A stretch of 64,000 bases of DNA from Octopus sinensis (GCF_006345805.1 NC_043000.1:9672001-9736000); one strand, 5' to 3'; numbered from the stretch's first letter, positions 14,212-28,330 are shown. Translations and numbers: made by a program. Notes: generated from the letters alone by a model not told the origin.

Positions 14212-15579
14212 ACAATATAACCCTCCTCACAATGCAGCTTATTCTACTCGAAACATTTCTTCAACCATAGAATCAAAATAAACGAAGTTGTATCGCTATT
14301 ATAGCTCAAACCTCAACTAATCACTGAGACTCAGTCCTGCCATCTATCTAAACACATAAAGCAGTTTGACATTGCTATTTTATATTAGACTTTTTCAACT
14401 AGGAGGATCGAATCTTCGCTAGCTAAGGTATAGTCACGGAGTGAGTAGAGCAAAAATTTGGACACAAATAATCGTGACTTTCATGAGTTGTTTTGATCTT
14501 GTGAGATTCCTTTAAAACCAAATAATGCATCTTAAGAACAAGCGTTCGAACTGAGGAAACCTAGTATTCTTTGTAGTTAATGTGTTTCCTTTCGCGCTAA
14601 ACTATTGACTACCCTTACTATATACATGGCTAAGGTGGATAAATGAAAAACAGTGGAAAGAATTTTACAATAATTATTCAAAGAAGCAACATTATAACAT
14701 TTCTAAACTTAATTTATTTTTTATTTAAGAAAACTGCAAAATCTTCTCAAACTGATAATTCAAATTTCACCGATATCGACATTTAATACTTTGGGAGATA
14801 TGTTGCTACTACCTGTCTTTCCTATCCGTAATTAATCCATCATCCGAGGTTCTGCTTCAAAATTCGGACACCAGGATATTTGATGCATATTTTATCAAAC
14901 ATTCTGTTTCAACCCTTTCATGTACAGAAGAAGAGCATTCTCTTTCATTACTAAACACGAAGGTATTCTTCTCTACAGCTGGATGTATATAAATATTGTT
15001 GTTTAGCCCCTGATAAGCTCATATCGAACAAATCTATGATCAAAGGCGTACAAGCCGTCAGCATCCCATCATTTTTGCAGATAAAACGTTTCTATCTAGG
15101 ATTACATTATACAATATGTTTTTCCTTCTAAGTCAAGGTTCTTTGTAGGTTAAGTAACTACGTAGTCTATCATTTGTCGGCTCGCATATAAATAACGTAT
15201 CTTACTTTAGGTGCATTTCACATATCAAGGCGTAAAAATGTTAACGTAACTGCGCAGTGTAACATCAATAACGTTTTAAGTTTTGTAATTAAGTGGGATG
15301 TTATAAAAATATTCAGAATTAATTTTTAAGTGAATAATTTAGATACCGCAGAAAACTAATATTTGAAGAAATGAGAATGATCTTTCATCACCCTTTAACC
15401 CTTTTCATTAACCTCCTTGAACGTTTGCTGTGTCTAACATTCTAAAGACCAACTAATACTAATTGAAACGGGAATTTTTCTTGGATTACTAACAACTTTA
15501 TTTGCTACTATACGTTGTATTACATTACAGATGTATGTTTATTTGTAATTTGCTCGACTATATTGAAATCTATTTCATT

Positions 15580-15634
<55 letters not shown>

Positions 15635-15639
<5 letters not shown>

Positions 15640-15940
15640 TAGAAGAAATGAGGTACTCAGAAATTCGGATGGTTTTATATTTACAGATATTTATTTGTAT
15701 ATTACATGTTTTTATACATCATATAGCTTATATCGTATATCATATATTAGCGCTTTCGTCCTTTCTGATGGATTTTTTAAATTGCATCCATTCTGGCGGA
15801 TTTTTCAAACAGTTCAATTTGAAAAATCCACCAGAATGGACGTAAGCGTTATATGATGTATAAAAACATGTAATATACAAATAAATATCTGTAAATATAA
15901 AACCATCCGAATTTCTGAGTATCTCATTTCTTCTAATATA
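15635..15940. repeat. Nested fold-back element between two (AT)n arrays
   Basis: Outer arms are 15635-~15725 and ~15849-15940. The inner hairpin 15787-15840 reads TCCATTCTGGCGGATTTTTCAAA-cagttcaa-TTTGAAAAATCCACCAGAATGGA. Confidence 0.9.
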
Positions 15941-16029
15941 AAATACCTGTACATCATCTCCAAACCTTCTAATATATATATATGTATATATATATATACA
16001 TACATATATACACACATATATATACATAT

Positions 16030-16082
<53 letters not shown>

Positions 16083-16274
16083 TATATATATATGTATATA
16101 TCTATATATATACATATATGTATATATATGTATATATATAAAATTGTTTCATTTTTTCTTTGTGATTTATGACATTGAATTTTGTTATATTAATCTTGGA
16201 GCACTTTGTTGATTATATGGTTTAAAATACACATATCAGAATGTGTTACTAGGTGTGCATGTATGTCCTAAGTC

Positions 16275-16305
<31 letters not shown>

Positions 16306-16702
16306 TGTTTGAGTGTGTGTGTTTGTATTAATATGTAAACATATTTACTTGAAAGTTTATGATTTTCGATATGGTTGTAACAATTATGGCCTTATTCTGT
16401 GCAAGAGGGACAGTGATTATACCTTTTATTATAGGTACTTTCCCTCTTCCGGATAAAGCAAGGTTGGTGCAACTGTTAGTATTCGACCTGCGATTTCTAT
16501 ATCATTGTGTTTGTCAGGAAATATGAGTTAAAAGGGCTATTCCAGAGAGTTCGAATCCTAGAGAGTGATGTAGAGTTTAGTATAGTGTCTACAATGGGGA
16601 TGTAGACAAAACGAACGGTGGATAGGAGCAATCAGTAGTAATACCAGTTTTCTAATTCACAGGAGGAAGCTGTGTCATAGTTAGAAGAGACATTGGGATG
16701 AC

Positions 16703-17126
16703 TAAGGCAGCGAGCTAGCAGAAGCGTTAGCATGCCAGACGAAATGCTTAGCGGTATTTCGTCTGCCGCTACGTTCTGAGTTCAAATTCCGCCGAGCTCG
16801 ACTTAGCCTTTCATCCTTTCGGGGTCGATAAATTAAGTTGCCAGTTACGCACTGGGGTCGATGTAATCGACTTAATATCTTTGTTTGTCCTTGTTTGTCC
16901 CCTCTGTGTTTAGCCCCTTGTGGGTAGTAAAGAAATAGGTATTCCATCTGCCGTTACGTTCTGAGTTCAAATTCTGCCGAGGTCGACTTAGCCTTTCATC
17001 CTTTCGAGGTCGATAAATTAAGTTGCCAGTTACGCACTGGGGTCGATGTAATCGACTTAATCCTTTTGTCTGTCCTTGTGTGTCCCCTCTGTGTTTAGCT
17101 CCTTGTGGGCAATAAACAAATAAGAA
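16703..17126 (+). mobile_element. Family A SINE, partial-tandem dimer
   Basis: A full monomer is followed by a head-less second unit starting at GGTATT (~16937). A 13-bp TSD ACATTGGGATGAC (16690-16702, 17127-17139) flanks the whole dimer. Confidence 0.92.
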
Positions 17127-17697
17127 ACATTGGGATGACGGGAAGACGCTGCACGTCGTAAGATTTGCCTTTGTACATCTGTGGATGATTGAAGGTGTCT
17201 CTGTAAGTGGATGACTTCTGTGGATGCCGTCTAGAATATGTGAGTACACGTGTGTGTATGTGTGTGTGTGCGCATGTTGTGTGCGTATGCATGCTGTGTG
17301 CGTGTGTGTGTGTACGCAGCATTGACGAATGATTAAGAAGTTAAGCTTTGCAATGACAAGGTTATTTGTTCGATCCCATTACGGAGCATCTTGGACAAGT
17401 GCTTTTCTCTATAGTTTCAGGTTGATCTAAAGACTTGTGGGTGAAAGTAAGCTGACGGGATCTGTACGAATTGTAGCTGCAGTTTAGTGGTTCGGGTTTT
17501 GTTAAAGGTTAAAAAAGTGTTTTACGCTGATTTTGTCTGAGAATTCCGATAATGGCGTGTGTGTCTGTGGATTGTTCAGCCACTTACACACTAGTTCAAT
17601 GAGGAGGTAATTCAGTTGATCGGACAACTAAATATTCATCGTCGAAACCGACAGAGATCCATTTACTTTGATGAAGTTATTTTACTTAGTGAGTGTA

Positions 17698-17760
<63 letters not shown>

Positions 17761-18823
17761 TAGTTGAGAAATATGTCAAAAGCTTTTCAAACTTGGAAGT
17801 ATTTAATGGTTTATCATCTCTGTTTCTCTACCACCGAGATCAGAAACTATTTCCTGACAATAATAACATTTCACTGTTTTGACACTTATTTTCACGCATT
17901 ATTATACATTTGTAAATCACAGAGTTTCTTTTTCTCTAACATAAACACTACTAGATGCAAAAATTGTCCATAAAACCTGACAGCTAAACTAATCCACTAT
18001 GTTTCAAGGATATAAAATGTTATTTGAGAAAGCTAACTTATTTTAAGCAGAATACTAATTAGATGTCGACAATAACTAAATATGTTTAACTTAAAAATTC
18101 ACAACATATTTGAAACACTCACTCTAACAAAAATATAGTTAAATAAATAAAATAAAAAAGAAATAAAGCAAGCAATATTTATACTAGTAACATTTCTATT
18201 ATTCTATATTTCATTGAACAAACATATGATATCTGGCTTTATTTGTAGGAATGAAAATGAGTTAAATGCAAATAATGGTGTTGAAATGTAGCCAGGATAC
18301 CTGGAAAACAAATTTACTGGCATGGACTCTGCTTATTTCATTATGGTTATGAAATTTTCAGTTTGATTAGCTGTCAGCTTTTTATTCTCCAATAATCTGC
18401 CACTGGGTGGTAATAAGTTGTATTGTTATTGTAAGCATTAGATTAGACCGATTATTAGTAAACAAGATAAAATAGAGCTGAAATGATTTTGGCAATAATG
18501 AAGAATGATAAATATTATAACTTAACTTGAGAAGCTATAATTACACACGAAACTTTCTTTTAGTTGAAATGTTGGCAATTATCATTCTTTCGTGTAAAAC
18601 TTTTACAAAATATTACATTTGTGCAGAAAATAATATGATTCACTTTAGCCTGTAGAATATAAATTCTAGAATTAAGAAAAAAAAATACTGTCAGCTTAGA
18701 TCTGAAATTGCTAGACAACCTCAAGGTAAATAATACTGCCATAGTCTGTACTATAGAGAAAGAGAAATGTAGGTGTTATATACCCCTACAACTCAGAAAC
18801 AAATGTTGATATTGACTAGACAT

Positions 18824-19038
18824 AAGGTGGCGAGCTGGCAGAATCGTTAGCACGCCCGGTAAAATGCTTAGTGACATTTTTTCGTCTGTCTTTGCGTTCT
18901 GGGTTCAAATTCCACCGAGGTCGACTTTGCTTTTCATCCCTTCGAGGTCGATAAAATAAGTACCAGGTGAGTACAGGATCGATGTAATCGACTTACTATC
19001 TCCCCTGAACTTGCTGGTCTTGTACAACATTTGAAACC
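18824..19038 (+). mobile_element. Family A SINE (short-tail type)
   Basis: Head AAGGTGGCGAGCTGGCAGAATCGTTAGC; ~16-bp TSD GATATTGACT(A/C)GA(C/T)AT. Confidence 0.9.
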
Positions 19039-19462
19039 GATATTGACTCGATATTTGATTGGGACTTTTAGCTAGGTATTAGATTGGGACTTTCTGCACC
19101 ACTGTATATGGTTTATATATAGTTTCAACAAAAGTTGTATTTATGAGTGTATAATACCTTAACAGCTACATCACGACACGTCCGTTGTTTAAATGTTGGA
19201 AAAAGAGGCTAAACATGTTATCATCAGTATAATCCCATAACCTAGACACTTTCGAGAGGTCTGTTTCATACTTGGGATCGGTTGGAAATTTTATGGGGTT
19301 GACTATATCCAAATTTGAAGTATTCTTCTGGCTTGCTTTTCTAATATAGTTCAGAGGACTAAAGTATGTAATTACAAAACAAATATAATCGCCTCATTCA
19401 TCAAGATGATAAATGACAGCGTATATTTTAAATGAATTAATGCATACGCTCGCGCGCACACA

Positions 19463-19504
<42 letters not shown>

Positions 19505-20381
19505 CATTATTCAACAAGAACACAATTCAAACAACAAACTAATCTTGATAATAGGAAAAGGTGTCGATGTTGGTCTAATAAAAATTTGCATATATTAACT
19601 TGTATATAACGATGTTCCTTGCCTTAATTTTAAAATCTTAAACAAAACTCTTTCTCACTTTAAACAATTTTAAATATAATAAATCAGTCTGATTTGTGGA
19701 AGATTCTGTTCATTCTTCATTCTAATGGTCATACATACATCGAAGTCTGATTTCGTTCCAACTAAAAACAAATAATAATAAATAAATAAAAGTATAAAAT
19801 AGTTTAACATCTAAAAATTACTGTATTGGTGGGAGAGTTTTTGATCTTCTGATCTAACTCCAAATAATTGTTTCATAATACGTTTTATTAATATAATTGT
19901 TGCATGGTAACTGTTCGGACGAATCATTTATTTCATATGAAATAATACTTTTTTACGTGTCTGCGGTGATATCTACAGTTAATTGAGGCACATTATCTCA
20001 GGTGGGTCTTGCTAGGTATTTACACTGACCGGAAACTAACAATAAGCTATTAGAAGTAAAAAAAAAAAGATGAAAAATATCTCAGATACCTATCCTGATT
20101 GGTTAATGCCAATGAAAATCCATTTTGTATTTATTGATTTCAGGAATGTTTGGTCAAGACGTGGGACTAAATTACACCTTCTTGAGATGGAATTTAATTT
20201 GTAGGAACGAAAGTTACAAAAGCTAGTGTTATAACAAAAAGAAAAAAAAGAATCTTACTCTTAAAGAGTCAGAATAATTTCGTCTAAATTACGCAAAAAT
20301 GAAAATAACACTGACGTCTCATTTTAACAGATATATTTACCAAAATTATAAAAAAATATCTTGAAATACTAAAGAGTAAAT

Positions 20382-21116
20382 TTATTCAATAAAATCACGT
20401 TGGTTTCAACTACGGCCTCCAGACGACTTCGGAATCTCCCACAACTCTTCTAGACGGTCTCCTTGTTTAAGTTGGTGAATGTTGCCATAATTCTTGCCTT
20501 CAGTTCATCATCGATGTTATAAGAAGTTTTGTTGGTCTCTCGCTCTCGGATTGCAGTGTGGGGAGTTATGTGACCAGACGTTAGGATTGATGTGATCGCA
20601 GAAATTGTCTAACAGCCATGACTGGGTTCCCCTGCTTGTGTGGCATGGTGCAGAGTCCTGTTGCCAGACATAGGGTCTTCCAGCAGTCACACTCTTGACT
20701 CAGGGCAACATTACCTCGACCAGGCACTTGATGTAGGCCTCCGTGTTGAGTCTGAGACCGCATGGGAAGATGAATGGAGGCATAACGTCGCTATCACTAG
20801 TGATCACTCCAAAGACCATGATGTTGACTGGATGTTAGATTTTTTATCACTCTCGGTACATGTCCTCAGATTGCACTGTCCCCAGATTAACAACCAAACA
20901 CTCAGAAATATTCGTATTCGAGCTTCCGGCTCGAATGCCAGGGAGTACAGCATGTCGTGAATTCTGGCAGAGTGAACTGTGTCATGGTGCTGTTTTTCTC
21001 ACAGGCGGTGCCCAACTAACCCTACTATTCTGTGTAGTCGACAAAATCAAAAACAAAGAAGCACATGCGCGAAATAAAAAAATATAAAATGGGGACAATT
21101 TACCCATTGCACCCTG
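20382..21116 (-). mobile_element. Internally deleted Tc1/mariner (maT/DD37D-like) transposon remnant
   Basis: The minus strand encodes HPVNIMVFGVITSDSDVMPPFIFPCGLRLNTEAYIKCL...RPYVWQQDSAPCHTSRGTQSWLLDNFCDHINPNVWSHNSPHCNP, with stops and a deletion. TIR CAGGGTGCAATGGGTAAATTGTCCCC (21116-21091) lies next to TA. The second TIR was not found. Confidence 0.85.
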
Positions 21117-21188
<72 letters not shown>

Positions 21189-21189
21189 A

Positions 21190-21374
21190 CTCTTTTACTT
21201 GTTTCAGTCATTTGACTGTGGCCATGTTGGAGAACTGCCTTTAGTCGAGCAAGTCGACCCCAGGACTTATTCTATCGGACTCTTTTGCCGAACCGCTATG
21301 TTACGTGGACGTAAACACACCACCATCGGTTGTCAAGCGATGTTGGGGGTACAAACACAGACACACAAACATAT

Positions 21375-21457
<83 letters not shown>

Positions 21458-21615
21458 TACGACGGGCTTCTTTCAGTTTCCGTCTGCCAAATCCACTCAC
21501 AAGGCTTTGGTCGGGCCGAGGCTATAGTACAAGACACTTGCCCAAGGTGCCACGCAGTGGGACTGAACCCAGAACCATGTGGTTGGTAAATAAGCTACTT
21601 ACCACACAGCCAATC
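21190..21615 (-). mobile_element. tRNA-derived SINE, family B (head GAGTGGCTGTGTGGTAAG; CORE-like CCTTGGGCAAGTGTCTT) with internal AT/AC microsatellite
   Basis: Aligns to 26629, 28948, 49145 and 57737. Confidence 0.92.
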
Positions 21616-21640
21616 CTGCGCCTAAGAAAAATTGCCATGT

Positions 21641-21686
21641 AGCCCCCAGTGAGAACTGAACTCACGACCCCTGGTTTACAAGACCA
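21641..21686 (-). pseudogene. tRNA-Thr(UGU) 3'-half fragment
   Basis: The minus strand reads TGGTCTTGTAAACCAGGGGTCGTGAGTTCAGTTCTCACTGGGGGCT: anticodon arm TGGT-CTTGTAA-ACCA and T-arm GTGAG-TTCAGTT-CTCAC. The D-arm and 5' acceptor are absent; TTTTT follows downstream. Confidence 0.7.
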
Positions 21687-21907
21687 ATATATACAAGGTA
21701 TGTACTTAAATATATATAAGTACATATCTTATATAGTATGTATATATTTTATTAATCTGCCAGTATGGCTGATATTTCGCTTACCACTTGTGATGACAAC
21801 ATCATCCCTCTTATGTTTATATAACCATATACATATACATAGATACGCACACATCTATACATACATACACACATACATATATACATCCATATATATATAT
21901 AGACACA

Positions 21908-21943
<36 letters not shown>

Positions 21944-21958
21944 TACATATATATGTAT

Positions 21959-22084
<126 letters not shown>

Positions 22085-22639
22085 CTTTCCTCCCCAGTGA
22101 CATCTAGTATTTGTTTACATCGAAGAACTCTCATTCACTCCAACGTCTTTGTAGTAGCCAAGTCTGTAACTGCCAGTTATCATATTTAATGTCATCTTTC
22201 ATTACAGAAGGACAAGAAAAAGATATTCTTATCTGATGTAGTAGTTGAAAGGTGTAGTTAACGGTACGTTGTGGTATTGCAGCAAATTAGTTAATGTTTT
22301 CGTCTCTAAAGCTAAGGAAGTTTTAATATTTGTTCTATTGAAATCTGGAGAGACTAGAATTATCTGTTAAATGACTAGCGTTTTCCCTAGGAGATTGATT
22401 CCTACAATCATGAACGCGGATCGTATTGATTTAAGAGCGAAGAAGGTGTGCGAATAGATAATTTTACAAATGGAAATAACAACCTTAGCTTTCATCTTGT
22501 ACGAACGCGACCAGTATTTTTTGGGCATTCAGTAAGGTCTTGTTAAAATAACAAGTAAGATTTCAACAGACTTATAAGAACTTTAGAAACGGGCTGAATA
22601 GGAAATATTACGCTAGCGTGAGAGCATATTCAGTTATTA

Positions 22640-23142
22640 CAGTGATCCCTCGTTTATCGCGGTAGATTGGTTCCGAGACCGGCCGTGATAACTGAATTTC
22701 CGCAAAGTAGGGACACCATATTTACGGTATTTATTTAACGAGTATTTGGACTTTTAAAACCCTCCCTGTACTGTTGAAAACCCACCCATTACAGTAGTTT
22801 ATTAATAACAAGGACAACTTTTAAGCCATACCACTTTAGATTTAAAAAAATAAAGATCGTTACTGTTACACAGACCAGATTACAAAGCAGAAAGCTGTGA
22901 TTCATCGTCTCTCTCCATTGCACCAATCACAGCACGTCTTAAGTTCAAATACCCCTGTATATGCTTTTTTGCTATTTTACTCTTGTTTTGTTGTTCCTAG
23001 ACTAGGAAATAATATTTATTATTAATATTTTAAAGGATTTAATGAAAAATTTTAGGCGTCCATTTATGTGTATATATATTTTTAAAATCCGCGAAGTCGT
23101 GAATCCGCGACAGTTGAACCGCGAAGTAGCGAGGGATCACTT
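22640..23142. mobile_element. pogo/Tigger-like MITE
   Basis: TA-CAGTGATCCCTCG...CGAGGGATCACTT-TA terminal inverted repeats; no ORF. Confidence 0.88.
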
Positions 23143-23978
23143 TATATGACAATGTGTAGAATGCTAATTTGTTATTTCAAAAAATTCATACGTTAGGCAT
23201 TTGATGATGCTCGTTCTCCATTCAATGTTGAACCAAGAATTTGTAATCTTTCAAAGATACTATTTCCACTGTTTGATTTTTTTAAAACAAAGGAAACGAA
23301 GAAAGGAGGTAAGAAACAAACCTGAAAGTAATTTCTTAAAATTATATGAAAAATATTTTCAGTTATCTATATGAAATTAATAGTCAACAGAACGGATGAT
23401 TAGGAGAGATAAAAAATGAAAACAATCAAAAGCTATTCCTAGTCTTTTGAGACTGGGAATAGCTTTTAAATAACCTCATAAAGTGAATATTTCAAATTTA
23501 CATTCTCACGCCGCTAAATATGGCTGGCTTCCACCATTAAAAAAGAAGAAATTATATATTTAAAAATATAAATACATAAAAACTACTTTTTCTCATTTTT
23601 CATTTTAAATATTTCTACGAACTAGCTGTTTTTTTTATTTTCCACTGAAAACTTTCCAAAAATATTTAAAATATTTTCTTCCATTAATTTTTCTTTTACT
23701 TGTTGATCTGGAAAGAGAAGTTAATACTTATAGTCTGCATAGATTGTTTTTGAGACGGCGAGAGTTCTTTGGAATTACGTCAATATGCTGAGTTTTCTAT
23801 CTGAAGAGATGATGTGCTATTAGCTGTTGTTGTTTAGCCCCAGGTCACCCTGATTGAGTAGACGTATGATCAAAGCCATTTCAGCAGTAATCATTCTGTA
23901 CTTTCCCTATGTGCAAAATGTTCCTTACTCAAATGGTTGGGTATGATTTGAAGGCAATTTGGCTGCCCCGTAGAAATA

Positions 23979-24499
23979 CAGTAAATCATCGAGTATAATC
24001 CGCATTTTTCCCCAAAAATTTAAAAGTCGAAATCCCTAGTACGTACTATATACGAGGTTAAAAATGAAAAATATCTTCTAAGCAATGTCCGAGTCTCTAT
24101 TTGCTGTCCGGCAATGTTTATTCAGATGCATTTTGTGATGTCGGACGCGAAAATACCTTGAACTAAGCCTGAAAGCAATGAAGTCATAAAAGAATCATCC
24201 ATAACTTGCAGTAAACAACATTTATTAAAATAAAAGTATTCAGAACACAGAATAACATGTAACAAAAACAATTTACAAACATATTTACATTCCCATATAA
24301 CAGTTAAGAACATCACCATTATTGTATTACGCATGTGCGGAAGTGTTTGTTCGACTAGGTGCTGCTGGCTTAATTACGCACGACTCAAGTTAGAGAAGAG
24401 GTGCGTATTATACACAGTGTTTAGGTTTTTCAAAAGTACAACCCCCTAAAAATCCCTGCGTATTATACCCAAGGGCGGACTATACTCGAGGATTTACGG
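23979..24499. mobile_element. pogo/Tigger-like MITE
   Basis: TA-CAGTAAATCATCGAGTATAATCCGC...GCGGACTATACTCGAGGATTTACGG-TA inverted termini. Confidence 0.85.
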
Positions 24500-25599
24500 T
24501 ACCCCTGTTTTTATTGGCTCAACGTTCTATTAGTGTAATTGTAAAACAGTATCGTTTTAGAAAACAGATATACACATCTTAGAAAATTTGCTGAATTTGG
24601 AGAAAGGAACAGTGCCCATGACCTTTGTAGGCCCTCCTAGTTCGGTGAGATCGATATCTTTAGTGTTCCTCTTGCACTATTGTAAATCAAGACATATTAG
24701 AAAGATACGAGCCATGAGGAAATCTAGGGGTACGACGTCCGTAGAAGGAAGCTCTTGGTGTAGGTATTAGCGTGAGACTTGATGGTTGGACGTAACGAGA
24801 GTGATAAGAGGAGAGATGAGTGAGACGGGAATGTCTATGAAGAGGTAGCATGAATCTACTTAGCTCCAATGTGTAGAGGATATAATAATAATGATAAGGA
24901 AGGCAGAGGGAGGGAGGAAACAACAAGCCTATGAGCGTGTATATGTGTGTAGTTTTCTGACTGTCAGTTGGTTTGTCTATTTCTAGATGTCTGCATGAAC
25001 AACAGAGGAACCGTATCAGCTATGAGAGTAATATTTCATATGATTCTTACGTGAGCTTTGTAGAGTATCAAAATTTATTAGGTGATGAACTAACATCAGG
25101 TTCCGAAGAGAAAGGCCAATAGTTGGAATGCATTCCTAGCTATGTTATGGCTGTGAATTTGCCAGGAGAAATCTTCGACGAAACCCAACAATTGGAGCGG
25201 TTTTGAGGGCTTTAGCTGAGTACTGCTCCTAATTAAGTGAAGTGTGGTGCAAGGACATTTTCTTGATACGAGTTGTGCTGGTGTTTCCTTGCTTTTGAAG
25301 CAGATAAGAATAGCATGCCCTCATTGAAGGACGCTTTGTTTCACGAAGAGTATTAACAAATTTCCTCTTTCAAGTAGGACGATTCAGACCTTGCTTAATA
25401 AATGGAAAATATGGAACTTTTACTCCGAGCTTTATCTTCCAAGTTTCAGCTATTAATGTCATTGGCCAATACTTCTCTAAATACACTATCGTAGACGACA
25501 AATGAGGGTACAGATACTTCTTGATGAGCAATCTGCACGGATGAGTGTGTTTATAGTGATCAACTGTATGTGTTGTACATTAGTTCACTCTCTCCATCA

Positions 25600-25775
25600 A
25601 TCGGCATTGCCTGTACAAGTGCACAGTGTCGCACACCACAGATGTTGTAGAGGTCGCGGAACAATGTAAAAGGACGTTGTTTTGTTCAAGAACACATTGT
25701 ACAACCAGGACCGGTAATCGAAAACACGACCTCGAGATCGTGAATGCAACGCCCTAACCACTAAGCTACGTTCCT
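25600..25775 (-). mobile_element. Diverged tRNA-derived SINE related to families C/D
   Basis: The minus strand carries GTAGCTTAGTGGTTAGGGCGTTGCATTCACGATCTCGAGGTCGTGTTTTCGATTACCGG (A/B-box-like head). Confidence 0.7.
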
Positions 25776-26016
25776 TCACAACTCTTGTATTAGGTTGTTA
25801 TGTAATGGATTTATATATGTTATACTACTGAGACTATGCTAACTACCACCGACAGATAATTTGAGTTATAATAATATTTGCAATAGAAACAATGGGATTA
25901 ATAATTCAGAGGTAATCGTATTGATACAGCTTAGTGCAGAACAGAAATGCAAGAAATAATGAAGCACATTCTCATGTATGCATTCCCACCACCGGAACCT
26001 CAACTCTCTTTCTCTT

Positions 26017-26054
<38 letters not shown>

Positions 26055-26056
<2 letters not shown>

Positions 26057-26351
26057 TCACGGGGATCACGGGACCGACCAGACCATCAGATGTTGTTACA
26101 CATCGCTTGTCACAATGCGTTCGCATTGTTTCAGCCTTCAAATGACGCCACCTCGCTGGCTAAGCGAGCAGGCCAACAGAAGAAAGAGTGGTGAAAGAGT
26201 ACAGCAGGGATCACCACCCCCTGCCGGAGCCTCGTGGAGCTTTTTTAGGTGTTTTCGCTCAATAAACACTCACAACGCCCGGTCTGGGAATCGAAACCGC
26301 GATCCTGCGACCGCGGGTCCGCTGCCCTAACCACGTGGCCACTGCGACTCC
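26055..26351 (-). mobile_element. Family C SINE with RTE-like 3' tail, between (AT)n arrays
   Basis: Head as at 4877-5242. The tail GACCGACCAG...CATCGCT(T/G)GTCAC is shared with the RTE 3' end at 34132-34200. Confidence 0.88.
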
Positions 26352-26354
26352 AAC

Positions 26355-26471
<117 letters not shown>

Positions 26472-26550
26472 TAAATATATATGTATATATATATACATAT
26501 ATTACATATATATGTATATATACATATATTATATATATGTATATATAAAC

Positions 26551-26619
<69 letters not shown>

Positions 26620-26628
26620 ATATATATA

Positions 26629-27055
26629 GGAGTGGCTGTGTGGTAAGTAGATTGCTTACCAACCACATGGTTCCGTTCATTCCCACTGCGTGAAACCTTG
26701 GGCGAGTGTCTTCTACTATCGCCTCGGCCCGATCAAAGCCTTGTGAGTGGATTTGGTAAACAGAAACTGAAAGAAGCCTGTCGTATATATGTATATATAT
26801 ATATATGTATATGTATATATATATATACATACATATGTATATGTGTGTGTATGTGTTTGTGTGTCGGTGTTTGTCCTCCCAACATCGCTTGACAACCGAT
26901 GCTGGTGTGTTTACATCCCCGTCACTTAGCGGTTCGGCAAAAGAGACCGATAGAAAAAGTACTAGGCTAACAAAGAATAAGTCCTGGGGTCGATTTGCTG
27001 GGTGGTGTTCCAGCATGGCCGCAGTCATTTGACAACAAGTAAAAGAGATAAAGAG
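26629..27055 (+). mobile_element. Family B SINE
   Basis: GGAGTGGCTGTGTGGTAAGTAG...CCTTGGGCGAGTGTCTT...CAGCATGGCCGCAGTC. Confidence 0.92.
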
Positions 27056-27889
27056 ATATATATGATGGCAATTTCTCCATGTCCAAAGATCATGAGGAAG
27101 AAAGACACGCCTTCGAGTCATTATGAAAACTGATCCTTGACACTGCTGAGAGTTTTTTCCTGCCTGCGCTTAACAGTTTAGTGTGAGCCAGTCCGTACAA
27201 TCCGGTGACACTCTCTATAACTGGAGATTTAATCTCAATGGGTTAGTGGGCTAAGACGGCTGCAGCGGGCAGCAATATATAGGTGTTACACTGGGGTTAG
27301 GGTAACCTTCTTCTAGATGAATTACATTACAGGGCTGGAGAGCTCCTTCATTCTCTACAATACTCTTCCATCTATCTGGAAGACTTGATTGGTGTATGTG
27401 AGCAGTTCTGTCTGTTTTTGATGGGGAGGGAGAATAGGTGATGGAAAAAGAGAAAGGAATGTTATAATAAAAGAGAGAGAGAAACGAGTGTATGGTAACG
27501 TCGGATTGTTTTGATATTTGAGTATGCAGATGTCGGGATGGGTAGTATAGTTCATTAGTTTGACCTTAGTCACAGCGGGCACCTCCACAATGAATTCAGA
27601 CGCAGTAGGAGCAGGAAGTAAGGCTATTCTGTCGTTGAAGTTCACACAAATTAAATAACATAGAACTCAATAGGATAAAACCAGAGGGGGCTTACGGAAA
27701 AAAAACTGCAGATCAAAACAAAATAAACAATGATGGAATGGTTGCAAATAGGAATGATAAAAGTTCCCCTATAGAAAAAAACGGGTCCGAACAACTCCAT
27801 ACAATTGGCAGTGCAATCAATATCTAAGGAAGATGCAAACACTGTTACAGGAGGGAAAACAAATGTGAGCAGCAACATGAACTCCGCTT

Positions 27890-28330
27890 ATAGGACCAGA
27901 AAAGATAATATCACATGTAAGTTCAGACGGAGAAATGAGTGCAATTTTAACAATAACTGTATGGTAATGACTGTGGTTAACAAATGTGAGGTGAAGACGG
28001 GTACACAAGAAAACATGTACATGGGTGGTACCAGAGACTCTCTGAAAAATCGTCTGCGCAACCATTTTATGTCATTTTCCAGTGTACACAAAAAGCACGG
28101 CACATCATTATCTAACCTCATCTGGAAGCTCAAACAGAATTGAGTTGAGCGTAAAGCCAACTGGTCTATAATGAAAAAAAACAAAACAAAACGCTAGCCA
28201 TATAATAAAACATTGCATGTGTGCAACTTATACTCAGAGAAAACTCTGGAGATCATCGCATCCTGACGAAACACAATAGACATTCCGAAGTAATTATATC
28301 ATGTAAGCATAAAAGCGAGGCATCATTCCT
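27890..28330 (+). mobile_element. Penelope-like element GIY-YIG endonuclease remnant
   Basis: CKFRRRNECNFNNNCMVMTVVNKCEV...MYMGGTRDSLKNRLRNHFMSF...TSLSNLIWKLK* then WSIMK and YNKTLHVCNL. This follows the PLE endonuclease pattern (CxCxxxxxCxxxxxC, YIGxT, RxxxHxxSF, LSxxIWxLK, CxLC) with stops. Confidence 0.8.

Noticed and set aside
25050-25500. Possible LINE ORF2 C-terminal zinc-knuckle remnant on the minus strand (CFKSKETPAQLVSRKCP)
   Set aside because: Only one degenerate motif with the His missing; too weak to annotate without a search.
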